Positions 1 to 11,000 of a DNA stretch of 64,000 bases are shown here, one piece after another. The DNA lies in the IMG/VR virus record IMGVR_UViG_3300027844_001828, positions 1 to 64,000 of that record. One strand, given 5' to 3'. The notes under the pieces were generated by a model that saw only the letters and a program-made list of their open reading frames with translations, made no database searches and was not told the DNA's origin. Within the stretch, counting starts at the first letter, position 1; every line of letters starts with the position of its first letter. The position numbers were made by a program, and so were the translations under genes.

Positions 1-1059
1 GCCAGAGGCGGATCTACGGGAAGAAGTAAGTACAAGCGATGGAGAGCGGCTTATGAGAGAGCACAAATGAAATACTGGCATTATTCTAGAGATTCTGACG
101 AGATCTATGATGACGGTTCAGGTGTATCCTCTGAAAATGAAAACAAGATTCAGGCGGCGGGGAATAGATGGATGCAGCTTGAAGAATGGCGCGGCGGAAC
201 TTACGCTGACAAATACGAAAAAGAAAGAGAGGGGAGGCTACAAAGGGGATTTAAAAGGGCATATAAGAGATTTGCATATCTTTCTGGATCTGGCAAGAAG
301 CACACGCCAGAATATCATAATGTCAAGAGCAAATTAGAAGCAATGTATCGAGGAACACAATTCTCTGAAGAGGGGCTTCGTAGTCGTAGGGCAATGAATT
401 TTACGAGAAAGACAAATAAAAGAATGTACCACGTCGGGATGCGAGATCGTCGTATAAATGAAAAATTCATGAGTGAACAAGCTGATAACATAAGAATCTT
501 TAAAGCAAAAGAAAGTAAGGCCCTTACGGCACAGGCGCACGACTTCTTCGACTACGGTCAGGAAGAAAACCCCGCAAGAAGAAGGCCACCGAGGAGCGCA
601 GAAAATCCGTATCGATCAGGTCGCTTGCAAGATTATTACAAGAGACAAGGGAAAGACTACAGCCAAGACAATCCATTAAGAGCGGCGCAGAGAGCCGGAG
701 TGGAATACAGCCGTTCTAAGTCGTTTAAAGACCAGATTGCAGAGAGAAACAGTAGGCTCTATCACTATAATAAAGGTTTTGGTCGAACTCCAACCGAAGC
801 GAGAATGAACGGTGGGATCGTAATCCCTGACGCAACAGTGAGTAACTTCTTTGACGGGGGCGATTTGTTGGCCTCTAACATGCAAGGATTGATGGCGGGT
901 GGCGGCATGGGAGGCGGTGGCGGTGGTGGCGGTGGTAGCACCATGACTGGTGGTATAACTATTGAGAACTTGAGTCTCGGTGGAGAGGTCATCGGAAAAC
1001 GCTTGAGAAGTAGCAACGATAACGCATTCGAATTGATAAAAATACAAAATCGCGGTTAA
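1..1059 (+). CDS. C-terminal part of a large protein, probably the tail tape measure protein (5' truncated by window)
   Basis: Frame 1 is open from base 1 (ARGGSTGRSKYKRW...) into the 67..1059 ORF. It ends in a Gly-rich linker plus 'GGITIENLSLGGEVIGKRL', a typical tape-measure C-terminus, and lies directly upstream of baseplate-type genes. Confidence 0.5.
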   Translation, partial: ARGGSTGRSKYKRWRAAYERAQMKYWHYSRDSDEIYDDGSGVSSENENKIQAAGNRWMQLEEWRGGTYADKYEKEREGRLQRGFKRAYKRFAYLSGSGKKHTPEYHNVKSKLEAMYRGTQFSEEGLRSRRAMNFTRKTNKRMYHVGMRDRRINEKFMSEQADNIRIFKAKESKALTAQAHDFFDYGQEENPARRRPPRSAENPYRSGRLQDYYKRQGKDYSQDNPLRAAQRAGVEYSRSKSFKDQIAERNSRLYHYNKGFGRTPTEARMNGGIVIPDATVSNFFDGGDLLASNMQGLMAGGGMGGGGGGGGGSTMTGGITIENLSLGGEVIGKRLRSSNDNAFELIKIQNRG

Positions 1060-1065
1060 AATAAA

Positions 1066-4000
1066 ATGTCTACAACAGGCACAGATCTGTCATTATATAC
1101 AAACTGGCCTCCGTATCCGAGCTATAGCGATTGGGAATTGACAAAAGTTAACGATATCGCAGGATCAGAAGAGCACGAGATAGACGCAGACCAGTTACCC
1201 GCTTCACAATGGTCCATAAGATATAACCCCTTCTCTGATGAGGTTGATATTGGAGGATATGTTCCGCCAGCATCGTTTCTTCCAGCGTTCGCTCGGACAG
1301 GTAGTATATATCGCACAATTGGAACCATTAGCAGTTCTTATCAGTCGTGGTTGCTTACTGGGAACTCTACACTTGTGGATATTTCAGGCGCAGGCGGACA
1401 GCCATCTTATTCTGGGATAATACCACCCACCCTTGATTATCAATTTGCAGACAACTTCAAGGAAGTTTTACACTATGGAATGGAGGGGCTGTTTTCATGC
1501 CAGGTCACATCGACAGGAGCGGTATCGTTCATCTCCATGGAGTCGTTCTTTGCATATATGGAGTTCCTGGCGAGATGTAGAATGAAGCCATTTAGAATTG
1601 AGAGAGCGAATATTTTAACATCAAGTTTTGTCGAAGTGGACTCAAATGCAGATTGGGAATTCACATTAAACACTACATTGTCAAATAACAGATCGGACAT
1701 TATAGACACTCATTCTGACAATATTACCGGGACAATATTTCCAGTGGATGCGAATGGAATTGTTGATGGGAGTACTGTGACAGTCTCGGTAGATAAAATA
1801 ATTGGAAAAGAAATCACAGTAACAATGGCCCCGGTCGCCAACACAACCGCTGAAGAAGTGTCGGCTGGATGGGGTGCCTCTTATATCTCTTTTAATAAAG
1901 TCGTTTTCCTTGAAGATCCATTAATGTTATATGCAGAGAGAAAGGCGGACACAAGTAATATTGCAGGTAACGATTATGTCTATGAGTCAGCAGACGGATA
2001 CGAGACGAGGGAGCAGTCCGTTAAGTCATCAGGGGGAGTGACTGGTATTTATATAGCGAAGGCGGCAATGATCGCGTACATTGAGAAGTCGTTAACGGTT
2101 GTAACAAGTTCTGATTTAACAGACGACTTGGCGTATGCTCAGTCAGAAGATCTTGAAGAGCTTGAATCAGCATCGGCATTCTACGTCCCTTTTGAGGGTA
2201 CGCCAGCAGAAGTGGATCGTGCCAAAAGATTTTTAGGGTATATGAGTAATTTTGATACGAAGCCAAGCACAATAATATTGCATGTTGGAATTGGTGGTGG
2301 GGTAACAAGAAGACACAATATGCATGCGGGATGCTTAACTAATGATTATTTCATAACTCAAGATGGCGGCGAATCTACGTATAGGATATCAAATCATATT
2401 CGTAATGGTATCTACAGTGTTGAAACGAACTCAAAAACATCGTCATTGAATCTTCTCGATCATTTGTCTGACACTAACGTTACTATTTCTGATATATCGT
2501 TTGAAACGCATGCTTCCAGGATGTGGTTGTTTAATGATATTTGTTCAAACAATAGCAAAACAAGTGGTTCTTGTGATAGGGCTTTGTTTTGGGGTGAGAT
2601 AACCACGACGCCACTGAATTTCAATACCACCAATGGTGTTGCTCAAACGAGTTTTGAATTGAAGCTGGGATCGAATTTTTGGGATTATGGAGATAGAGAT
2701 TTTTTGAAGAACAGGTTTGTTCAAAATGTGTCCTCTTCCAATAATAACTTTATTGAAAAGTGGGATAAATTCGGAAATTGGAAATTAAATGATATAAATG
2801 GAACTAAATCTTATGATATTTTTTCTGTCGAAGAAAGTACGGTGTCTTCAGATTCATTCAAGATAAAAATATATGGAACATTTACGGTCGCTGATTTACC
2901 ACTTAATATATTGGAGTGGTGGATATCATTTGATGAGAAATTTGAGATAGCAAATGGCTTTGGGTATGTGACAGCGCCATATGTCGCCATGAGTGGCGTG
3001 TTAGCTGGGGACAATGATAACCAAGGAGGATTCACAAAAGTTATATTTAACGGGTTGTATGTTGGATTGCCTCTTAGAGAGTCCGCCCCAGATGGAGATG
3101 CATTAACAGTCGTTGTAGAGAATCCTGGAATATATCCAAACATAGAGACGCCTCCATCTATATATTTTTCAAGCGGAAAGACCGGCGAGTATTTATTCCT
3201 TGGGAAGAACGAAAGCTCAGAATCATTGAGATTGTTGTACAGGCGAAAAAATGACCAGGGTCAGGCTCTTGTCGTTAGGTCTGGAAGGCTTGGGTTTGAA
3301 TATGAAAATAATGAGACCCCGATATATTATGGTGACGCCGAGACTACGAATTCAAATGTATCTGTGTCTGGATCAGCTGGGGCAACTATTACTATTGATT
3401 CTGGGAACAACATTATTGACAATGATATTATTGGAATATCAGGAAAAAGGACTGCTAACTCCGCGCCAGTTGCGGTTAACGGGTCGTTCCCAAATATTAT
3501 CTGGCAACTGTTTCATGATGGGTATCCATTAGGGTATCCATCAACAAGTGGCAAGAGAGTGACTTTGTATAGTCGAACTGTCGGTTCTCCCCCACCGTAT
3601 GTAGAAGAGGATGTTACGGATGTCCCACTATACAAGAGTGGATTAATGTACAGCGTAGCAATTAAGTCCAATTATGATATTTATGTAACAAGTGACATAC
3701 AGGATGAAAACATAACCGATCCATCTCTGATAAAATTTGTCCCGATTGAGGGTGTTGCAAACTCCCCAATAATTGAGGCTCCAGAGATAACAATGGTAAA
3801 TAAAAGTAACGTTATTAAAAATGCTACGAACCCATTTGTTTATGAGTCAGATATTGGCATGGACGTTTTCATGTTTATAAAAAATCAAGGGTGGCTACAG
3901 GCGGTAGACGGTGGGTCGTCTTTTGTTAACATAAATAATTTCTCAATATTAAGGCCTGGATCACACCCTATTCAGGGATGTGACCCGACAGCTTCGCTTG

Positions 4001-4986
4001 AGGATTTAGACATGTCACAAGATGGTCTTTTTATTATAAAGAGCGATGGCGGTCTCGCCTCATTTTCTTCAGGTATATTTAGTAAGAATGACACCGCTGT
4101 TAGCAACACCCCTGTTGGCGGCATATCGACTCCAACCGTAAAGGATCTATATAGAATACCAAACTTGGTTATATCTAATATAACAAGGTGCGCGTATTCT
4201 GCTAATGGGGACATCGTAAATGTAGTGGGTTATTCAAACTTACGGGAATCTTTGAATTCGGAATTTGATATATTGGCGTTGGTATTCCATGAGGTTAGGC
4301 TTGTTGATGCTAATGAAGCTCCAATATATTTAGCCAGCGGTGGAATAGGAAGCGTATCGAACCCCTTGTTTACGTATTCCAGCCATGAGAGGGAGTATAA
4401 GAGGGTTATTGTTGAAAAACCCGCCTATGAGGAGACTATAAGTGATGCGCATCTATTTGTTGACCCAGGATTAGAATTAGGAGCCATCTCATTGGCGACA
4501 GAGGGTTCAATATCAATCATCATGTTACAGAACGGGAATACATTATCATATCTTGCAAGTGTAGATGGATCTAACTGGGCCTATTTCGATGATTTATTTC
4601 TTCTTAGCAATAGTGAAAATGTATCATCTCCATCAATACAGGTGATCAATGATTATTTGTGGATTTTCTATATGTTAAATCGAAGCGACCTTTATTTGAA
4701 GAAGGTCCCAATGAGTGACGTATTGGAGCTTTATGAGGCCACAGAAAATAATAAAAGCTCATTGGTAGCAGGAAATCCTTATCAAATTTTGAAAAGTAGT
4801 CTACAGATTAACATTGATGGATATAGCACAATCTTTGTCGCCACCATACCTAATCAACAGGTGTCTTTTGTGAAAGACGATAACGATACAATATTTTTAG
4901 CGTACAGAAACGCAAACAATCAGGCCGCAGCGATCTCTTCCCTTGACTATGGGGACACGTGGGATTTCAACCCGGTTAACTTTTAG
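1066..4986 (+). CDS. Large virion structural protein (1306 aa), beta-rich, with C-terminal Asp-box/BNR-like propeller
   Basis: Long ORF rich in S/T/D/N. It has Asp-box-like motifs (ASVDGSNW, SSLDYGDTW) and sits between the putative tape measure and hub genes. Confidence 0.55.
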   Translation: MSTTGTDLSLYTNWPPYPSYSDWELTKVNDIAGSEEHEIDADQLPASQWSIRYNPFSDEVDIGGYVPPASFLPAFARTGSIYRTIGTISSSYQSWLLTGNSTLVDISGAGGQPSYSGIIPPTLDYQFADNFKEVLHYGMEGLFSCQVTSTGAVSFISMESFFAYMEFLARCRMKPFRIERANILTSSFVEVDSNADWEFTLNTTLSNNRSDIIDTHSDNITGTIFPVDANGIVDGSTVTVSVDKIIGKEITVTMAPVANTTAEEVSAGWGASYISFNKVVFLEDPLMLYAERKADTSNIAGNDYVYESADGYETREQSVKSSGGVTGIYIAKAAMIAYIEKSLTVVTSSDLTDDLAYAQSEDLEELESASAFYVPFEGTPAEVDRAKRFLGYMSNFDTKPSTIILHVGIGGGVTRRHNMHAGCLTNDYFITQDGGESTYRISNHIRNGIYSVETNSKTSSLNLLDHLSDTNVTISDISFETHASRMWLFNDICSNNSKTSGSCDRALFWGEITTTPLNFNTTNGVAQTSFELKLGSNFWDYGDRDFLKNRFVQNVSSSNNNFIEKWDKFGNWKLNDINGTKSYDIFSVEESTVSSDSFKIKIYGTFTVADLPLNILEWWISFDEKFEIANGFGYVTAPYVAMSGVLAGDNDNQGGFTKVIFNGLYVGLPLRESAPDGDALTVVVENPGIYPNIETPPSIYFSSGKTGEYLFLGKNESSESLRLLYRRKNDQGQALVVRSGRLGFEYENNETPIYYGDAETTNSNVSVSGSAGATITIDSGNNIIDNDIIGISGKRTANSAPVAVNGSFPNIIWQLFHDGYPLGYPSTSGKRVTLYSRTVGSPPPYVEEDVTDVPLYKSGLMYSVAIKSNYDIYVTSDIQDENITDPSLIKFVPIEGVANSPIIEAPEITMVNKSNVIKNATNPFVYESDIGMDVFMFIKNQGWLQAVDGGSSFVNINNFSILRPGSHPIQGCDPTASLEDLDMSQDGLFIIKSDGGLASFSSGIFSKNDTAVSNTPVGGISTPTVKDLYRIPNLVISNITRCAYSANGDIVNVVGYSNLRESLNSEFDILALVFHEVRLVDANEAPIYLASGGIGSVSNPLFTYSSHEREYKRVIVEKPAYEETISDAHLFVDPGLELGAISLATEGSISIIMLQNGNTLSYLASVDGSNWAYFDDLFLLSNSENVSSPSIQVINDYLWIFYMLNRSDLYLKKVPMSDVLELYEATENNKSSLVAGNPYQILKSSLQINIDGYSTIFVATIPNQQVSFVKDDNDTIFLAYRNANNQAAAISSLDYGDTWDFNPVNF

Positions 4987-4993
4987 GGAAATC

Positions 4994-7771
4994 ATGGCCG
5001 CTCCAGAAAATATGGGAAGAGCATATTGCAAGGTTGTATTTTACGACTCCCTTCCAAATGTAATTAGAGACCCAGATAAGATGAGAAAGTCTGCCGAGAT
5101 GGTTCTCGGATTTGAGAGTCAAACTCTGATCAAAAGGGAGAGTTTTGGGGTTCAATTTATCGGTGTCCCACCAAGAACAGAAGGGCCACCTCTCGCTGGT
5201 GCTATAATACCCAGAATATTGTATGAGCCTGTCAATAATGAAACCTTTAATTCCTCGGCATGTGCGAACGCCCCGGTCCAATGGAATCAAATGAATCATC
5301 GTTTCGCTGGAGGCATCCCACCAATATTTAAGAGTTTAATTTTGGGCAAGACAGACGCTGACGTGACAGACGCTTCGAAACTTCCTGGATACAATAGGCA
5401 GACTTGGAGATCAAAACAAGTCCCAGTCGCAAACACAGAGTATGTTGAGTCGGAGTACATAAACACCAACATCGATTACCCGGCTGGGTTGGTGCCGGAG
5501 ATTGTACTGGTTCAGCCTGATGACAGGCCAATAAACACCAAATGTTTTGCCAGTCAGGAATATGGCGGAAAAGAAGTGTGGTGGGGGATAAAAAGTAATA
5601 ATTTCAAGGCGAAAGGGGCTCCGTTTTGGCTAACTATAAAAGCAACCAGAACATATGTAGAGCAACAAACTAATTATCCAAAAAGGTCTTACATCGCGGT
5701 CAAGTTTGCGGAATCAAGGGAGACTGTACAGTTATCAGATGGATCTACTGTGACCAGGCGTAACCCTCATATTTTGGTGATAAATGACAAGGGTGGCGTG
5801 ATGGTTAGGTATAAATATAAAGGGAATCTTATCGAAGTCTCAGTTAATCTCCCCCATTTGTCAGAGGCTTTTGAGAACAAAGATGAAACAATAAGAGTTG
5901 GTTTTTTACTTGTGGCTGGAAGACTGGTAGTTTTTGCCGATGAGCACAGGTATGATGTTATTAATGTTCATGGCCTAGATAGGGACCAGATAAGGATAGG
6001 ATTTCATCTTAATATGAGAGATGTTGAAGTGTATGGGTGGAATTGCCGAGCACTTATTAACGTATCTCCCATGACGTTTTTCAAGAGAGCGTGGTTCGTA
6101 GTTAAAAACATGTCTGGAAAAGTTTATTATGAAGGAAACAAATCTCCGCCTTCTAATAAAGGCGGATTCGCTGCCGGAACTTGGGCTCCTGGGTATTACA
6201 TTAATTGGCAAATAACTAAAGAGCAGTTTGAGGGAAATAACAGTAAGCCTATGTATGCTGCTCAATTTAACGAGTATCACGAAGTAGACTTAATTGACCC
6301 TCGTGCTAATCCAATAAGGCCACCGGTGGGGATAAACTTGCCAGGAAGGGCTTTTACAAAAGTAAATGACGCTAAGTATTGGTGGGGCAAGGTTGAGATT
6401 GTTAGATCTAAAAAGAAAGATGCAATTGTTGCAGACGATTTTTGGTTTGGTTATTTGGAAACTGAAGATATAGTCGATTCAGCAGCACCAGGCGGTGCGA
6501 TAACAACAAAAGACGCTGGGTTCCCTATAGTCTATAACTTGTTTGTTAAGCAGGACTCTGTAGAGGAGGTTCGAACTGGTCCGATTATGCCAGCGGCAGG
6601 GAGAGTTGACGTTTCTGACGATGTTATGAATGTTCATATAACTCAAGAATTAGACAATGTTAAACCAACTGCGATTATAAAGAAGGCAAAAATAACTCTT
6701 TTTGATGAAACGAATGATTATTCAAGATACTTAACAAGGGCGCGAGGTGTAAAAATTTGGTTGGAGTGGAGCACCAAGGACTCGAACCCAATTCTACTAA
6801 CAGACGATCCCATTTTTGTTGGGGTCGCTTATGGAGAATCATCGACTATTGAGCCAGGGAAAAGCACCATCTCCCTTACCTGTACAGACTATTGGGGCCT
6901 TCTTGATAAGGTTCGAGTTAAGAACTCTCCATTTTATGATGGGTTTGAAGTGGCAAGTGTTGTTGAAGACTTGGCTGATAGGGCGGGGATAAAAACCATT
7001 GATGATATAACACACACCACAGGGAACGCGAGAAGTGTCCCGTTCTATTTCTTGGGAAGTGGATTCTCATTCGATAAGCCAATGCATAGGTATGAGGGGA
7101 CAATGACAATTAAAGAGTGTATTTTCTCTGCGCTAAAGATGTTTCCATACTATGCATATTTCAATGACGTTGGAGAATTGACTATTGCCATAATACCAGG
7201 CGATTTTGACTTTTCAAAGAGACAAGCCGATTGGGACCCCTTGGTTAAGAAGTTCTATTATAGAGAATTTGGCCCCGGAGTTCCCGTTGGAAATCCAGAG
7301 AAGCTCATATTAAATAGTGTTAACATGCAATCAACATTAAGCACCAGTATTTATAATAGTTTTTTGGTCAAGGGCGTTGAGAGAACTCACAACAGGGTTA
7401 TTTTAGTCTCGAAAGGGAATCCTCATTCATTGACAAACCCGAACTATACGGGATATCTTGGTCATATTTCAGAGATTGTTATTCAAGTGCCAGCATTAGA
7501 TTCTCAAGCCGCTGTACAGTCATATGTTCAAAGAATTGCGAAGATGTATGCTAAGCCTGGGTTTGAAACGAGTATTCAGACCGTTGGGCATGTTACACCG
7601 TATAGGCCTGGGCAATTTATTAAAATAAAGGAAACAGTAGCGTCAAACATGTTAAAGTTTAGAGTTACAGAAATACAACATAAGTTCACGGCTGAAAAAA
7701 ACGAATGGTTGACAGATATAAATGCGTACCAGATCACACCTGGCGCAATAGCACTTATTAATACGCCGTAA
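4994..7771 (+). CDS. Baseplate hub / tail-associated protein (gp27/gp44/YqbQ-like C-terminal region)
   Basis: The C-terminal ~400 aa follow the hub pattern: 'ISLTCTDYWGLLDK...SPFYDG..VASVVEDLADRAGI', 'YAYFNDVGELTI', 'YRPGQFIKI...FRVTEIQHKF'. ATG 4994 is preferred over the track's TTG 4943, which overlaps the previous gene. Confidence 0.6.
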   Translation: MAAPENMGRAYCKVVFYDSLPNVIRDPDKMRKSAEMVLGFESQTLIKRESFGVQFIGVPPRTEGPPLAGAIIPRILYEPVNNETFNSSACANAPVQWNQMNHRFAGGIPPIFKSLILGKTDADVTDASKLPGYNRQTWRSKQVPVANTEYVESEYINTNIDYPAGLVPEIVLVQPDDRPINTKCFASQEYGGKEVWWGIKSNNFKAKGAPFWLTIKATRTYVEQQTNYPKRSYIAVKFAESRETVQLSDGSTVTRRNPHILVINDKGGVMVRYKYKGNLIEVSVNLPHLSEAFENKDETIRVGFLLVAGRLVVFADEHRYDVINVHGLDRDQIRIGFHLNMRDVEVYGWNCRALINVSPMTFFKRAWFVVKNMSGKVYYEGNKSPPSNKGGFAAGTWAPGYYINWQITKEQFEGNNSKPMYAAQFNEYHEVDLIDPRANPIRPPVGINLPGRAFTKVNDAKYWWGKVEIVRSKKKDAIVADDFWFGYLETEDIVDSAAPGGAITTKDAGFPIVYNLFVKQDSVEEVRTGPIMPAAGRVDVSDDVMNVHITQELDNVKPTAIIKKAKITLFDETNDYSRYLTRARGVKIWLEWSTKDSNPILLTDDPIFVGVAYGESSTIEPGKSTISLTCTDYWGLLDKVRVKNSPFYDGFEVASVVEDLADRAGIKTIDDITHTTGNARSVPFYFLGSGFSFDKPMHRYEGTMTIKECIFSALKMFPYYAYFNDVGELTIAIIPGDFDFSKRQADWDPLVKKFYYREFGPGVPVGNPEKLILNSVNMQSTLSTSIYNSFLVKGVERTHNRVILVSKGNPHSLTNPNYTGYLGHISEIVIQVPALDSQAAVQSYVQRIAKMYAKPGFETSIQTVGHVTPYRPGQFIKIKETVASNMLKFRVTEIQHKFTAEKNEWLTDINAYQITPGAIALINTP

Positions 7772-7784
7772 TGGGAGAGTTGAG

Positions 7785-8009
7785 ATGAATGGTAGTGAAT
7801 TAATAGGATTGATGAATGATATCACAGGGAGTTTATATAGTTCCAGAGTTGGAGATTTTGGTCTGTCCTTTGATTATCAGAATTTTACCGATATGGAATC
7901 CAGCCAAACAGAATACGTGAATAGTGACAACTCTGATCAGTTTTTTATCATGGGATTCTCAGAGTGGGGCGGTACCTCTGGAGGTAGTTCAGGCGTAATT
8001 GCTGAATAA
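7785..8009 (+). CDS. Small acidic baseplate-region protein (74 aa)
   Basis: GGAG Shine-Dalgarno upstream; fills the gap between two structural genes; ends 'FFIMGFSEWGG'. Confidence 0.55.
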   Translation: MNGSELIGLMNDITGSLYSSRVGDFGLSFDYQNFTDMESSQTEYVNSDNSDQFFIMGFSEWGGTSGGSSGVIAE

Positions 8010-8044
8010 TATCATGGGTATAAACACACAAGCGGCACATTTTA

Positions 8045-11000
8045 ATGGCTAAATACACAGAAAAATATAATTTCGGGTACTTTGAACCTGGAGACACTAC
8101 AGAAACAGTAGGGATAGAGTCTTACAGATGGCGCGTTATCGACGCCCAAATGGACGCTCTATTTAATGTTCTTGGAGACGGTGTTATTTCAGGGTGGGAT
8201 TTTGTCGTCAACGATTTTGACGAATTTGTGTTGTCAATAACCCCTGGATCTGGTCATATTTCAAATGTCGCTGTTGAAAGCACTGATACGGAAACGCTAA
8301 CTCTTCCTGCAAATACGAAGAGTTACATTTATGCGATTTCATCAGATGAATCATTTTATACCAAGGGTGTAACCTTCACCGCATCGACAAACGATTCTGA
8401 GGGTGAAGGCTACTTGCTTCTTGGATTCGCAACAACGGACGAGGTTGGCCAATCTCCGGCTATTACAGAGGTCAATATTGATGACCGTGTATACATTAGC
8501 TTTAAGCAGCAGATCTTAGACCTAATAAATGATCATAGGCATATTGGTGGAACAGAAAATCCATCTAAGATTGATCTTGAAACAGATGTCCAAGGATTCT
8601 TGAGGTCAGACAACATTGAAGACCTTGATGCGTCATTCATAGCCACCGGGACAATAGACCCGGACAGGCTACCAAAGATCGACCATATAACTAAGCTTTC
8701 TCATGTTGGTGTTCTCACCCACTCTCAGCTTGATACCTTTGTTCAGATATTGAGTCAAACAGGCGCGAGACTCATGGGTGATGTTTCCTCGACAGACTTA
8801 CTGAAGATGATTCTTGCTGTAAAGCATGTTTATCCAACAATTGATGAGTTCTTGATTAATGAGTTGGCCTTCATACCAGGAATTAGCGCAGAGACCCTTG
8901 TTGATAAAGTCAATACTACCGCCGTAGTTGATTATAGAACAGCCGCCCAAGGCGGTCTGCATACAATTAAGGGCACACCAGCGTCATCTACATCTACCTT
9001 TACCAAGAAGTGGGAGACCGATACCGAATTCACGGACACCACGAGGGACGACACAGCCGTTGTGGGAGATTCCGTCAAACTCGTGGCTCGTGAGAACAAG
9101 GTGTTTGTAGAAGACTTCCAAGATATTAGTGATTGGGAAACTATAACGACTGATCTTAGTTCAATATCCTCAAGCTTTTCTCTCGACTCTGTTTTGTCAC
9201 AAACAGGGACAACAAGTGGCAAGCTTGATATAAACAATGATGGAGTTGAGGTCGCCCTTATTCTTAGGAAAACATTTGGGGCTCAAGATTGGTCTTCATA
9301 CGACAAGCTTGTATTCAACTTGTACTCGCCATCGGCGGAGCATGGTGACATCTACTTCTATATTTATGACGCCGCGTCAGGAAGTCAGGATTCATATCAA
9401 ATAGTTCTTGAGAGAAACTCTCCAACAATAAATAGAGACTCTCTTGCTGTTGGGTGGAGAGAGATAGTGGTCGATATATCTTCATATTCAAGAGGGAGTA
9501 TAACAACCATTGGGCTTTATACCGCGACTTCTACGGGATGGGAGATAAATCAGCCATTTTCATTCAATGTTGATAACATGTTTTTGACATCCGGGAATTT
9601 GTTTGTAGATAGGGGGACATGCATATTTAGATATGGGAATGATTTTGAGTACACATTCTCAACTGTAAGGTGGGACGCCTCGGTGCCGGAAAATACGTTT
9701 GTCAGGGTCAGGACAAAGGTTTCAGATTCTGAAAGCATGGCGGGCGCTGTGTGGTCAGACTTTATCAACACGAGTGGGGGAAGTATTACGCTCCCATCAC
9801 AAACATCCTATAACTACATCGATGTAGAAGTTACTTTAGAGGCAGATTCGACCCTAAAGCTGACTCCGCAATTACACGCTTTATACCTTGACTCTACAGT
9901 GACAAGCACGGACTATTCATTTGAGTTCGACGCCAAAGATGATTGGGACGCTGGTGAGCTTTACAATATCGACACAGAGACAAATGCCGGAAGCATAACC
10001 ATAGACAACATTGGCGATATTGGAACATACCTTTATGGAAAGGATGGATCATTGAAACAGTTGAATTCTGATTTGACTGAAAAGCTATCTATCCTTGGAA
10101 CAACTGTACCAAAAAGCTTTGTTCAATTAAGTGCTGGTACCGTCGCTGGATTTGGCCAGATTTCTTCAGTTATATCTGGATTGAATGACAGCTTTATTGT
10201 CGCGGACACAGACAACGATAGAGTTTTGGAACTTGACAAAAGTGGAAATGTAATTTGGGGGTTGATGGGAACATTTATAGAGACGCCGACAAACCCATAT
10301 CTCGCTGCGGAGACCGTTGACGATGACACTGCCACCACAGCCGACGACACAACAGATGCCGAGGCGGTTTCGGCGGCATTCAACCCTATTGGATCATATT
10401 ATAATGTTGATGATAGCGCCTTGTATGTTATGTTTGATAAATACCTGGAAAACGTATACACATCAGAAACCTTTGACCCGTCCGGGATGTTTTTGAAATC
10501 TGGAGCGAGAAGAATTTATTTCGACAAGACCAATTTTACGTTTAGCGTAGTCGGGGCAGACAGTGAGCATATTGGAGAATCCGCCTCGTCAACAGAGTTC
10601 TCTGGAGCTAATGTCTTGAAGGTAGTAATTCCAGAAGCTGATGCGGTAACTCTTTCGGGGGCGGCTGTGACACAAGACCCATATCTGACCATGGTGACGC
10701 CAACATTGAATAAGGTTGTTACATCGAGCACGTTGGCTGTTGAATTCAAAGCTTATAATGTTGATATTGGATTGACCGATTACGGAATTAGATATCAGAT
10801 AGATAGTTTACCGAATGTTGATTTAAGAACGGGTCTAACTGCTACAATAACTGGGTTGGCAGACGGGGTTCATACAATTACCGCCGTGTTGATTGACAGT
10901 AATGGGAATGAGCTATCGGCGGTGGGAACGTCTTTAGTGGTCAAGATCTATGTTGAAACAGGGGTGTTGACAGAGACTGTGGTTTCGATACAATCTCCAA

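Noticed and set aside
895-937. GGC/GGT-rich run (possible G-quadruplex or tandem repeat)
   Set aside because: It is explained by a poly-Gly linker with mixed codons.
4943-4993. ORF-track TTG start for the hub protein
   Set aside because: It overlaps the previous gene by 44 nt; ATG 4994, just after the upstream stop and with an AGGGA SD, is more plausible.
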